DNA of 64,000 nucleotides from Octopus sinensis. Taxonomy: Eukaryota. The translations under genes were made by a program, and so were the position numbers. The DNA lies in the NCBI RefSeq assembly GCF_006345805.1, contig NW_021836167.1, forward strand, positions 1 through 64,000, given 5' to 3'. This document shows, one piece after another, positions 24,578-36,200 of the stretch; position 1 is the first letter of the stretch, and every line of letters starts with the position of its first letter. The notes under the pieces are model-generated. The model made no database searches, had not been told where the DNA came from, and worked only from the letters and a program-made list of their open reading frames with translations.

Positions 24578-26215
24578 AATGTCCTCGACTTACATGATGA
24601 GGTCCTTAAAACCTTCCCCCCAAAAAAATAAAAAAAAAATTTTCTGCATTTTGGTTAAAATGAACAACTACAATGTCCTCGACTTACATGATGAAGTCCT
24701 TAAAACCTTCCCCCCAAAAAAAATTAAAAAAAAATTTTCTGCATTTTGGTTAAAATGAACAACTACAATGTCCTCGACTTACATGATGAAGTCCTTAAAA
24801 CCTTCCCCCCAAAAAAAATTAAAAAAAAATTTTCTGCATTTTGGTTAAAAGGAACAACTACAATGTCCTCGACTTACATGATGAAGTCCTTAAAACCTTC
24901 CCCCCAAAAAAAATTAAAAAAAAAATTTTCTGCATTTTGGTTAAAATGAACAACTACAATGTCCTCGACTTACATGATGAAGTCCTTAAAACCTTCCCCC
25001 CCAAAAAAATTAAAAAAAAATTTTCTGCATTTTGGTTAAAATGAACAACTACAATGTCCTCGACTTACATGATGATATCCTTAAAACCTTCCCCCCAAAA
25101 AAAATTAAAAAAAAAATTTTCTCCATTTTGGTTAAAATGAACAACTACAATGTCCTCGACTTACATGATGAAGTCCTTAAAACCTTCCCCCCAAAAAAAA
25201 ATTATTAAAAAAAATTTTCTCCATTTGGTAAAATGAACAACTACAATGTCCTCGACTTACATGATGAAGTCCTTAAAACCTTCCCCCCCAAAAAAAAATT
25301 AAAAAAAAATTTTCTGCATTTTGGTAAAATGAACAACTACAATGTCCTCGACTTACATGATGAAGTCCTTAAAACCTTCCCCCCAAAAAAATTAAAAAAA
25401 ATTTTCTGCATTTTGGTTAAAATGAACAACTACAATGTCCTCGACTTACATGATGAAGTCCTTAAAACCTTCCCCCCAAAAAATAAAAAAAAATTTTCTG
25501 CATTTTGGTTAAAATGAACAACTACAATGTCCTCGACTTACATGATGAAGTCCTTAAAACCTTCCCCCCAAAAAAAATTAAAAAAAAAATTTTCTGCATT
25601 TTGGTTAAAATGAACAACTACAATGTCCTCGACTTACATGATGAAGTCCTTAAAACCTTCCCTCCCAAAAAAAATTAAAAAAAATTTTCTGCATTTGGGT
25701 TAAAATGAACAACTACAATGTCTTTGACTTACATGATGAAGTCCTTAAAACCTTCCCCCCCAAAAAATTAAAAAAAATTTTCTGCATTTTGGTTAAAATG
25801 AACAACTACAATGTCCTCGACTTACATGATGAAGTCCTTCAAACCTTCCCCCCAAAAAATTAAAAAAAATTTTCTGCATTTTGGTTAAAATGAACAACTA
25901 CAATGTCCTCGACTTACATGATGAAGTCCTTAAAACCTTCCCCCCCAAAAAAAATAAAAAAAAATTTTCTGCATTTTGGTTAAAATGAACAACTACAATG
26001 TCCTCGACTTACATGATGAAGTCCTTAAAACTTCCCTCCCAAAAAAAATTAAAAAAAAATTTTCTGCATTTTGGTTAAAATGAACAACTACAATGTCCTC
26101 GACTTACATGATGAAGTCTTAAAACCTTCCCCCCAAAAAATCAAAAAATTATTTTCTGCATTTTGATAAAATGAACAAGCGAATGTCCTCGACATTCATG
26201 ATGAGGTCCATTAAA
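24578..26215. repeat. minisatellite of about 95 bp, about 17 copies, inside the Helitron
   Basis: Unit AATGTCCTCGACTTACATGATGAAGTCCTTAAAACCTTCCCCCC(A)nTT(A)nTTTTCTGCATTTTGGTTAAAATGAACAACTAC; copies differ mostly in homopolymer length. Confidence 0.95.
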
Positions 26216-26430
26216 ACCTTCAAGGCAAAAATCTCACGTATTAAGAATATCCTTGATGAAAACGACAGCGAGAATATTAACAATGATGAACTCCCAATTA
26301 TTCGCGATAAAGAAATTCAATTCATCCTATGTTTTTCTCTTTTAAATTAAATGCATATATCATTATCGACCATGAATCAAAATTAAAGCTATTATCATAT
26401 TTGACTTTGACAGAATGTGCAATCACAGAT

Positions 26431-26634
26431 TGCACGACTTTGAATAGAGTGTGCAATTAACAGATTTTGAAAAACCACTTTGATAGTTGAAACCACATTA
26501 GCAAAATCATTAACACAATTTACCACCAATTGACGCACGACCTTGAATAGAGTGTGCAATTAACAGATTTTGAAAAACATTGATAGTTGAAACCACATTA
26601 GCACAACCATTAACACAATTTACCACCAATTGAC
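26431..26634. repeat. two-copy direct repeat of about 104 bp
   Basis: GCACGAC(T/C)TTGAATAGAGTGTGCAATTAACAG..CACCAATTGAC occurs twice. Confidence 0.8.
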
Positions 26635-27173
26635 AGCGCAATCAGAAGAATTTGCGTAAAATATTAACTATTTACTTGAGTTTTTCGTAAAGATAGAATT
26701 TATTTTCGGTATGCCTCTTTCCTAAACTTTTTATTCAAAAATAATTTTTTAAATAGATATAACCAAAAAAAAAAAACAAACAAACACAAACAAAAACCGA
26801 AGGAGGAAAAACGAAGTGAAGAAAAAACGTCAGCTAATAAGGTATTATTAATCTTTTTGTGTGTCGCTTTCTTGCCTGCCGCATCTCCCCCTGCCCCATT
26901 TCCGCCAGTAAAAACCAAAAAAATAAAAAAAGAAAAAAAAAAGGAAATTACAAAGGAAAAATGAAAAAATTAAATATAAAAAAAATAGACCACAAAAAAT
27001 GAAAAAAAAAGTTTGCAATGACAATAACAAGGCCCAGGGACAGTCATTAAAGGTAGTTGGGTTATTTTTAGAGAGTGAGTGCTTTTCACATGGACAGCTG
27101 TATGTGGGATGCTCGAGGGTAGGCAGAAGAGAAAATTTATTCATATATGCCAAGGAAGGAGGACGACAAACAC

Positions 27174-27699
27174 TGATAATAACCAATTTTAATTTTTATT
27201 TTGTCTAATGTGACTTGTGGTCCAGTAGCATTTGAAGAATGTGGGGGATCATCATCTATTACAAGCATTGATGTTACAGATTGTAATATGACCTCATGTT
27301 ATGTATATGGAGGGGAGAATTGGAAATAAAAATAAATCTTACCATATGTATAAATACGATTTTATTTTTAGCAAAGTCACTTAGAAAAATCAGCGCGGAG
27401 GGATTTATCGAAACACCCCGTCTTCCCATTTTTAGAGCACCCAACGCATGTCTTTATATCTCAGAGCAGTGTCCACCTGTAGAAAACAGTCAAATCAGCT
27501 TTGACTATAGACGGAAACTTCCCAATGTACATTTGAATGTATTTTATATATATTTATCATATAGCCGATGAATCTAAAAGTTTTTGTTAAGTTTTTAGAA
27601 GACGATGAAATAATTGCCTGCGCAAAATTTAATGTACAGATTGGCTCGCGTGAAAAGAATTTTGAAAATGAAATTAATGTCAAAATTCGATTTGACTGA
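27174..27699 (+). pseudogene. NPC2: NPC2-like copy with its start codon destroyed
   Basis: Paralog of 45830-46356; the A of ATG is replaced by Helitron sequence and there is a +1 base in the signal-peptide region. Confidence 0.85.
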
Positions 27700-27829
27700 A
27701 TTTCATTAATCTAATTAATCTCACTAATAATTCTGGTTTTGATTTTGATTAATTCTTTGTTAACAATTTATAATTTGAGGAGAACCATAAGTACAGTGCG
27801 ACCCAGAATTGTGGGAATTTTTCTTTAAT

Positions 27830-28200
27830 TTTGAGGCTTTCCCCAAAAAGAGGGTTTTCCTTAAATGTAAGTCTCTCCTGTTCGATGTCTTACCTCAATA
27901 ATATAACCAAGACAAATAACTACAATTTTTATTTTGTTTTAATTCGGACAAGTTTAGTAATGTCGATTCGCAGACATATGTTGATCCAAATATCGCTAAA
28001 TTTTTGTATTATTGGCTAGATTCGGTAATCGGTTCTCTGGAATTCTCGAATAAAAGTCAATTATTGCAATGTTGCTGAACAAACTTTTCAGTTCGACATC
28101 ATTTTGAAAATCAATCAATTCCAGTTGGTAAATGCAGGAAATTTCCTCACATTTTCATAATTAATGGAGATGAAAATAATCTCATTGAATTTGCATCTTC
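27830..28200 (-). mobile_element. hAT Buster C-terminal fragment (also at 46490-46860)
   Basis: LELIDFQNDVELK, AIFGSTYVCEST, RIKTK. Confidence 0.65.
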
Positions 28201-28427
28201 TTTAAAGCTCTGTCAGGTTAAATTAAATACTAAAAACCTGAAATCTTGTATCAAATTGCGAACTTAAATCTTTAATTATTTTTAAATATTTATCAGTTGA
28301 CCCACTTTCGAAATTTTCTGACAAATAAGGAAAATGTGTGTAACCATTATTTGATATCTGCGCTTTCCATAAAATTAATTTCTTAGCGAAGGCATTGATA
28401 TATCCATAAATTTGATAATTTAATGTA

Positions 28428-29088
28428 GTGTATAAATTGGCACGTGTACGTGTTGTGCTGTGTGGTGTTTCGTTCTGATAAAGAAGACAAAAAAGAAGAT
28501 AAAGAAGATGAACCCTGAGAAGATGGTGACCAAGAAACTTGGAAAAAATAGCAGCTGTGTTAAAGAAACCAAACCAGTCTACACTTTCCTCCGCGAGTCT
28601 TCATCATGTGGTGTCTGTTTTTCCTCTTGCCCTGGCAAAAATGGGGTCCGCTGCTCTCTTTGCAATGGCTATTTCCATCTCTATTGCCTCAAAATCAGCA
28701 AGAAAGCTGCTTCGGCAATCACCAGATGGCTTTGCTCTGCCTGTCTGCTTGCTCCCCACTGTTCTGGGCCTATTCGCAATCACCAGACAAGAAAGCTGCT
28801 TCGGCAATCACCAGACAACCACCAGACCATGCCCACAACGGCCAATAACTCATTTGAAAGCGTGGACTCCTTTCTCGTTGAATTATCGTGCTTCCGCCGG
28901 TCTCTAAAAATCCCTCTCCGAATTCCTAAATCTGCCCGCATACAAGCAGTTTTGTGCCTGTCAACTGTTATCAACGATACGCTTCTGTTGGACACTTGGG
29001 AAGCATGGACCCGCTTTATCAGCTTTGCCTCTCTGACCCTCGGGACTCAAATTCGCACTGAAAAAAATCCACAACCTCTCTCCTCACG
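28428..29088 (+). mobile_element. CRE 5' segment only (5' end, PHD finger, RIPK block), flanked by an 11-bp direct repeat
   Basis: C4HC3 pattern CGVC..CSLC..FHLYC..WLCSAC; LRIPKSAR; AATTTAATGTA at 28417-28427 and 29089-29099; absent from the paralog near 47080. Confidence 0.85.
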
Positions 29089-29859
29089 AATTTAATGTAT
29101 TTTCCCCTTGTAGTTCGACATTTAGGGCAGACAGATGCATCGATAGATCCACTATAGAGGAATCGAATGTAGACTTACCTACTCATTTACAATAATTATC
29201 CAAAGGGAACAATGGCCCTCTATACTATAGAGGAATCAAATGTAGACCTACCTACTCATTCACAATAATTATCCAAAGGGAACAATGGCCCACAGGACAG
29301 TTTGAATAAAGATTGTTTCCAAACGAACTTTCGGTTCTCCACGAAGCAAAAGTAAATATTATTACGTTAGTCTTGAAATGGGATGCGGTTGTCTTAAGGT
29401 TTTTTAAAAGTCACATGGATAAGTTATCCACTAAAGAAGTAACGAGGACATACATCTAGTCGGTTAAGCTAAAAGGACGCTGGAGAGTACGCTGGTTGAA
29501 TACAGACATGGAATGAAGGTAGACGACGTAGAGTAACTCCGCGGAGCTGATATGCCACGTGGACACTCAACTGGATAAAAACCTCGAAACGGAAACGAAA
29601 AAGAAAGGAAGTTTGTGGTAAACACTTCTTACAAACTAAGAAGGCAAATCACTGACGATTTAGACTCCTAATTAGATAATTTAGTTGATTAAAATTAAAC
29701 GATTCAAATGAAATAATTTAATTTATTACGCAAGAAATATGCTTGTTTATTTCCTTTTTTATTTCCTAACTAAAAACTCTCGATAACTCACAAAGCGAAA
29801 ACATAAAAAATATGAAACCAATAAGGAAAACAAAAAAAAAAACGAAAATGTTCACGAAT

Positions 29860-30284
29860 AAATACTTTCAAGTTCATCTTTAAAATATTGAGATTCAACT
29901 GAAAAACGCCTGAAATTATCGAAACAAGAATCTCCATATACAAACGCTAAGCATTTTTATGGCCATACACGTGTCCATCAAGTACAAAAGAACTTTCAGA
30001 CTTTGTTCGCATTAGCCGGTAGCAAAAACCACATCTGTCATCATCAAACTGTGGTTCACTAGTATCCCATGTTATTTCTTCTAGTTTTGCAAGATCCTTT
30101 AGACATTCTTTGAGAGATGGTGAAAGGTCTCGAAATTCTGGACTCTCAGGAGAGAATTCATAAAACCCGCCCTGTAATTTTGCAATTATCAGCTGGAGAT
30201 CTATATTTTTGACTATTCAAAATATTATCACCAACAAAAACCTTCATCCATATGATCTGACAATTTAGACATGTCCAGGTTCAT
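29860..30284 (-). CDS. orphan protein-coding gene, 3' end unresolved
   Basis: Introns 30241-30213 (29 nt) and 29970-29947 (24) give more than 120 open codons (MNLDMSKLSDH..DDDRCGFCYRLMR..); against the paralog, 3 synonymous and 1 non-synonymous changes were seen and an indel falls inside the predicted intron. Confidence 0.6.
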
Positions 30285-30558
30285 GATAACAAAAACTAAA
30301 CTTGAAAATATTTTATTTATTTTTTTAAATAATATCTAAAAAATTAATATAATAAATAATTTTTTTTAAATCTAGATAATTATAATTTTTCAAAATATGT
30401 GCTTAATTTATTTGGGCAGTTAAAGTCTCAGTAAAACAATTTGTTGTACCTCATTTTATAATGACATAAAATTTTGTTTTTCACATTTCACTTTAGTATG
30501 TAATCATTTATATTGCCATATTTTGTCTTGATTAAATTTTTCTTTGATCATTGAACGA

Positions 30559-31404
30559 ATGAATTTCAATACCACCGACCTTACCGTAGCTCATCATTGT
30601 GAATATATTTACAAATAGGCGGTGATCATTTAATATTCATATCAATTGTAGTCTATAATGTTTACTATTTTTATAGGAAATGTCAAGTTACACGACTGCA
30701 ATGGCAATTCGTTATAATGGAGGGGTGATTCTTGCTGCTGATACTCGAATGACTATTACTTTTGGCCATTCAGTGACATGTATCATTATTATTCACTTAA
30801 TTTAGTCGTCGACGGGAGGATCAAAATTTTTCAGATTGCAACAAATGCAATCGTTACCTTTTCAGGTGATTTTATTGTCATATATCAATTGGTTCAATGC
30901 ATTCGAGCCATCGTCAGGTAATTCTCAACATTTTCAATATTTAGAACAACGTGGGGAAATTCAAATGCACACAAAGAATCTTTGGAACGCCTAATTTTAC
31001 AATGCCTGAGACGATTTAAATCTCCTATGCAATATACCGTAAATTTAAGTTTTCTTTAACTATTAGATGGTGATTCTCGTTTTTCTGGACAATTTCATAC
31101 ATGTTGTGTTGATCGATCACGTGAACATTGTACAAAGCTATAACACAATAACTTCAATCGGCTCAGGCAGATACTATGCAACAAGTTATGCCACAAATAA
31201 GTTTTAAACATATAGTAAGTAATAGTTACCCGGGCTATTATAAAGAAAAAGAACAAATTCTAGATTTGGCACATCGTGCAATTCAAGAGGCCAGCGTTAC
31301 CGATATGTACACTGGAGGGCCCTCTTATTGTATTTTTTGTTTATAATTTATTAGTGGCATCCATTACAATTAATGGAATACAATTAGAGGGTTATCGAAG
31401 TTAA
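30559..31404 (+). CDS. highly divergent proteasome beta-type (Ntn-hydrolase) subunit
   Basis: Introns 30780-30805, 30918-30944, 31039-31066, 31201-31225 and 31330-31354 give 197 aa from the ATG at 30680: TTAMAIRYNGGVILAADTR, RIK, IGSG, DMYTGG; two further introns (20, 29 nt) would extend it in frame to the ATG at 30559. Confidence 0.85.
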
Positions 31405-31589
31405 CCTGTAAAGTGGTTATCGAACTTATTTATTATTTTAAAATCTCTTTTTATTTTTATGCGATGTCATTAAACAGACTGGTGCTAAAATAACTCCAAA
31501 ATTACTCGAGTTAGGTTTAGATAAGCTTCCTATGCTTATATGCACTCAAATGTGTTTAATTCAATAATTTTAAAATAAAATCAAAATTT

Positions 31590-31660
31590 TGCATCTGCCG
31601 GGAATCGAACCCAGTTCACTGGCATGGGAAGCGAACATGAGACGATCACACCACAGATGG
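31590..31660 (-). pseudogene. tRNA-Gly(CCC) pseudogene
   Basis: Copy of 56351-56421 with G1 changed to C, D-loop GG lost and an anticodon-stem mismatch. Confidence 0.8.
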
Positions 31661-32059
31661 TTTATTTTTTCCCTGGATTCTTTAAGGTTCGGGCATCATA
31701 CAACGTTTTTCTTTTTTAAACTCAAAGGTACCTTATATAATTACAAAAAATAAGGGACCTAATTTTGTGAACTTTTAATAAATCCTTTTATTATTTCAGT
31801 GGCCGAAATTTTGTTTGGCTCCGATTCTGTATCCAGATTCAAAGAGGTCCTTTTGTCTAATGATACAATTTCTCTAAGAATTTAAGATATGTCTGGTAAT
31901 ATCTTGTCTCAAATTCTCAAAACTACAGTTCTTTCTCGATAAGCATCCAGTTCGATGAATCGACTGATATAACTTAGTCAGTTGGTTTCTTTTCTTTTGA
32001 ACAGGATCGCCATCAGTTCTTCTTATTGACCTTAACATCATAATTTTTAGTTAATTAAA

Positions 32060-33183
32060 TAAAAATTTTTAGAAATAAAATATGTTTGATTTATAGTATT
32101 TTGAGATGTTTTTAATATCAATTGTAGCCATGACCTTGAGTTCATTTTGTCAAAGAATGAGTGAATTCTCTTCATTGTGCTTTTTAATAATTTGAATTTA
32201 CTTATTTTTAAAAGACAGGAGGAAAGATTATAATATATTAGTGGCATCCATTACAATCAATGGAATACAATTTGAAGGTTACCGCAGTTAACCTGTGCAT
32301 GTGAATATGTCCAAATTTTAGAAATAAATCTTATTTTTAGAAATAAAATATGTTTGATTTATAGTATTTTGAGATGTTTTTAATATCAATTGTAGCCATG
32401 ACCTTGAGTTCATTTTGTCAAAGAATGAGTGAATTCTCTTCATTGTGCTTTTTAATGATTTGAATTTATTTATTTTTAAAAGACAAGAGGAAAGATTATA
32501 ATATATTAGTGGCATCCATTACAATCAATGGAATACAATTTGAAGGTTACCGCAGTTAACCTGTGCATGTGAATATGTCCAAATTTTAGAAATAAATCTT
32601 ATTTTTAGAAATAAAATATGTTTGATTTATAGTATTTTGAGATGTTTTTAATATCAATTGTAGCCATGACCTTGAGTTCATTTTGTCAAAGAATGAGTGA
32701 ATTCTCTTCATTGTGCTTTTTAATGATTTGAATTTATTTATTTTTAAAAGACAAGAGGAAAGATTATAATATATTAGTGGCATCCATTACAATCAATGGA
32801 ATACAATTTGAAGGTTACCGCAGTTAACCTGTGCATGTGAATATGTCCAAATTTTAGAAATAAATCTTATTTTTAGAAATAAAATATGTTTGATTTATAG
32901 TATTTTGAGATGTTTTTAATATCAATTGTAGCCATGACCTTGAGTTCATTTTGTCAAAGAATGAGTGAATTCTCTTCATTGTGCTTTTTAATGATTTGAA
33001 TTTATTTATTTTTAAAAGACAAGAGGAAAGATTATAATATATTAGTGGCATCCATTACAATCAATGGAATACAATTTGAAGGTTACCGCAGTTAACCTGT
33101 GCATGTGAATATGTCCAAATTTTAGAAATAAATCTTATTTTTAGAAATAAAATATGTTTGATTTATAGTATTTTGAGATGTTT
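32060..33183. repeat. 268-bp tandem repeat, about 4.2 copies, containing a proteasome-beta last exon
   Basis: TTAGTGGCATCCATTACAATCAATGG recurs at a 268-bp period (about 32238, 32506, 32774, 33042). Confidence 0.95.
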
Positions 33184-33245
33184 CAAATTAGAAATTGCAA
33201 AGGCTTTAAAAACGAAAAATATGTCAGAAAACAAGTTTTAAACAA

Positions 33246-36200
33246 GTGTTGTGAGCCACGTGCATTGGTTTCTTGTGGTGTTTTCAATTTCTTTCATTGC
33301 ATCTGTTTATCTCTCTCTTATCCTTCTATCTCTCTTATCCTTCTTCTCCATCCCTCTCTTTCCCTTTTTTTTCTTTTTTTCTTTTTTCATTTTATCCTTT
33401 CATTCTTGTCTATCCCATTTCCCTATTTTTATTCTCTTTTCCTCTATTCTATTGGACTCTTCTGTAGCTATCCCCCATGTCATTTTGTTTATCTTGTAAA
33501 TCTGTTAATTCTCGCAAACCGGGTCGCTCCTGCGCCTCTTGCAGTCAGTTTTTCCACCTCTCGTGTGTTAAACTCACTAAACGTGATTTGGCGTCAATCC
33601 TTTCTTGGAAGTGCCCCTTATGCCTCCCACACACGTGGATCCCTAAGCCTTCTCCCCACCCGGCGCCCATCCCTCCCGACAAGTTCTTGTCGCTTCTTTC
33701 CGAATCCCGAAGCCTCCGCGTAATCCCTGCAAGAATTCCCAAATCTACGCGAATCTGCGTTGCTGATACGCTATCCGACATAATCGATCAGTCCCTTTAA
33801 AGCAATCTTCCAGAAACTTGGTGCAAACTATTTTCGTTTCCTTCTGTTTGTCTGGGCGCTGCCCCTCGTTAAACGGAGTCAGTAAATAGGACATCGGCCG
33901 CTCAGCAGATTAAAGACCGCTACAGTTCGTTCATAAAGGCACCCTTCGACTTATCATGTATCACGCCAGATCGCCCCTCGACCGCGAAATCTCGCGGACG
34001 TCTTAAACAAGACGAAGGGGTACGCTTAGCCCGGTCAGTTAACAGCAAACTAATGCAGGGAGATGTCTCAGCTGCTGTCCGCCTGATTTCATCCACGGCA
34101 TCCATTGCCCCGCATACTGATTCCGTTCTGAATTCACTCCAGCTGAAACATCCTCCCGCTCCACCTGATATCCGTGAACCCCCTCACATAGCCAAATCCG
34201 AACGAATTGTTTCCTCCAGTGACGTGTTAGCCTGCCTTGGATCATTTCCACCGAGCAGCAGCGGGGGAGTAGATGGCCTAAAGCCGATACACCTAAAGGA
34301 TCTTGTCGCGCCCATGACAGGGGAATCTGGTGCACGCCTCCTGTCCTCGATTGCATTCTTGTGCAGCAGAATTGTCTCTGGAAATATCCCATCTTTTGCA
34401 CGCGATTTACTGTGCGATTTACTGTTCTCGGCCAACCTGACAGCACTTAATAAAAGTGATGGGGGCATCAGACCCATCGCTGTGGGAAACACATTCAGGA
34501 GGCTCTCTGCAAAAATTATCCTCAGTGTTGTCCTCTCTGATTTGAGCCCTCAGCTGCTGCCACATCAGTTTGGTGTCGGTGTTCGCGGTGCTTGTGAGGC
34601 TTCTGCCCATGGGGTGAGGGAGTTGGTCATCAATGGCAATCCAAAAATTCCATATCTTGTTAAGCTGGACGTGCGCAACGCTTTTAACAGTGTTCGCAGA
34701 GACCACATCCTGGAAGTTGTGCACACCCGCTGCCCGGCACTCTACCCAATTGTCCATCTATCTTATGCGCGTTCCTCGAATCTCCTTTTTGGGAAAAATC
34801 TGTTGTACTCAGCGTCTGGGGTTCAGCAAGGGGATCCATTGGGACCTCTCCTATTTGCCCTCGCAGTGGACCATATTGCTAAAAGGTTTTTGTGCTTGCT
34901 AAATTTCTGGTATCTCGACGATGTCACCTTAGGTGGCTCGCTTGAAAATATTCATAACGACGTTGCTGATATTATTTCGGGTTTTAGCCAAATTGGCTTA
35001 TCCCTTAATGGCTCAAGTCGGAATTTACCCTGCTCTCCCTCGATCATTCTTTATTTCATCCTGCCTTCACGTCCCTGTCCGAGAAAGTTGTCGGTCTCTC
35101 TGCGACAGACCCGGATGATCTGGTCATCCTTGGTTCACCAATCTCTGGTCGAGGTATTTCCGCTGCCATTGAGTGTAAAAAACGCCAGCTGGCTCAACAT
35201 CTCCTAACTGGGCGCACATGTCGGGCTATTAAAGCTTCTTAATGTTGACTTTGGCGGGGACCAACTTACCCGCGCAATGTTACCCCTCCGTTTCGGAGGC
35301 ATCGGTATCCGCTCGTGCAAAGACATTTTTATCCCATGCTATCTATCTTCGCTCTCGGCATCAAGAAATTTTGTCAGTTCTGTTCTTTTTCGCTCCCCTG
35401 AACGTTTTGAACTGACTGAATTTTCTTCTGCCCTCGCTGCCTGGACCGCCTCAGGTCTTGCCTTCCCTGTGGAGGATCACCTGCAGAGGAGTTGGGACTC
35501 CATCCGCTGCAAAGAAGTTATAAAGTCCCTTAAAGGAAGCGCCGATCAAGTTAAACTCGCCTCGTTGAATGCAGCCTGTCACCCGCATTCTGGAGACTGG
35601 TTGAAAGCCATCCCTCTGTCCACCGCTGGCCTCCTCTTGGATGATGAATCGACTCGAATCGGGACCTGTCTTCGTCTGGGAATTCCCCTTTGCCACCTTC
35701 ACCGGTGCAAGTGCGGCCACATGATTGACCCCGATGGTCTCCACCCCCTTTCGTGCCGCTTAAGCACCGGGCGTATCCCGAGACACGCTGGCCTGAACCA
35801 CGTCGTTAAACAGGCCCTCAATGCCGCAAGCTTCCCTTCTGTTCTGGAGCCTGCCGGCCTCGACCGTGGCGACGGCAAGCGTCCAGACGGAATGACGGTC
35901 TTTCCATTCTCCGAGGGGAAATGCTCGTTTGGGATGTTACCTTCGCGGACACCTTTGCCCCCGAGACCGTTGCTCAGTCTGCGTCCTCCCCCGGCTTCGC
36001 TTCCCGTCGGGCTGAGGAGACGAAGCGGAAGAAATACGCCTCTCTCCCACAAAATTACCACTTTGTCCCGATTGCTGTGGAGACAAGTGGAGTGATAGGG
36101 ACGGCCGGAGTGTTGCTTCTGACGAATTGGGAAGTGCATCCACAAGTGCACGAAGGACCACCGCCAAATCGGCTGGCTGTACCAGAGGATATCGATCGCA

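Larger units (their letters stand above)
24463..27173 (+). mobile_element. non-autonomous Helitron, 3' end missing
   Basis: Starts with TC after A at an A|T target (empty site near 45828); 5' (TCTG)n tract; Pif1 helicase motifs NKAQGQSL, FSHGQLYVGCSRV at about 27025-27170; no CTRR or hairpin seen. Confidence 0.75.
21646..30878. repeat. segmental duplication block I, copy A (paralog of 44742-48786)
   Basis: Collinear and highly similar once the CRE, Helitron and CRE-PHD inserts and a 73-bp tandem duplication (about 29151-29291) are removed. Confidence 0.95.

Noticed and set aside
24578-26215. CRISPR-like array or repeat protein (ORFs MNNYNVLDLHDEVLKTF..)
   Set aside because: No unique spacers and no cas genes; frames shift with homopolymer length; simple minisatellite in a eukaryotic context
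26640-27000. Hydrophobic ORFs 26700-26918 and 26848-27186
   Set aside because: Low-complexity A/T tracts inside the Helitron give Phe/Lys-rich pseudo-ORFs
29860-30284. Faint resemblance of the orphan protein to a UTP20-like repeat or a thioredoxin CxxC
   Set aside because: Only a few residues match by eye; needs a profile search
32047-33051. Four repeated 65-aa minus-strand ORFs (MPLIYYNLSS..)
   Set aside because: By-product of the 268-bp tandem repeat; no splice or domain support
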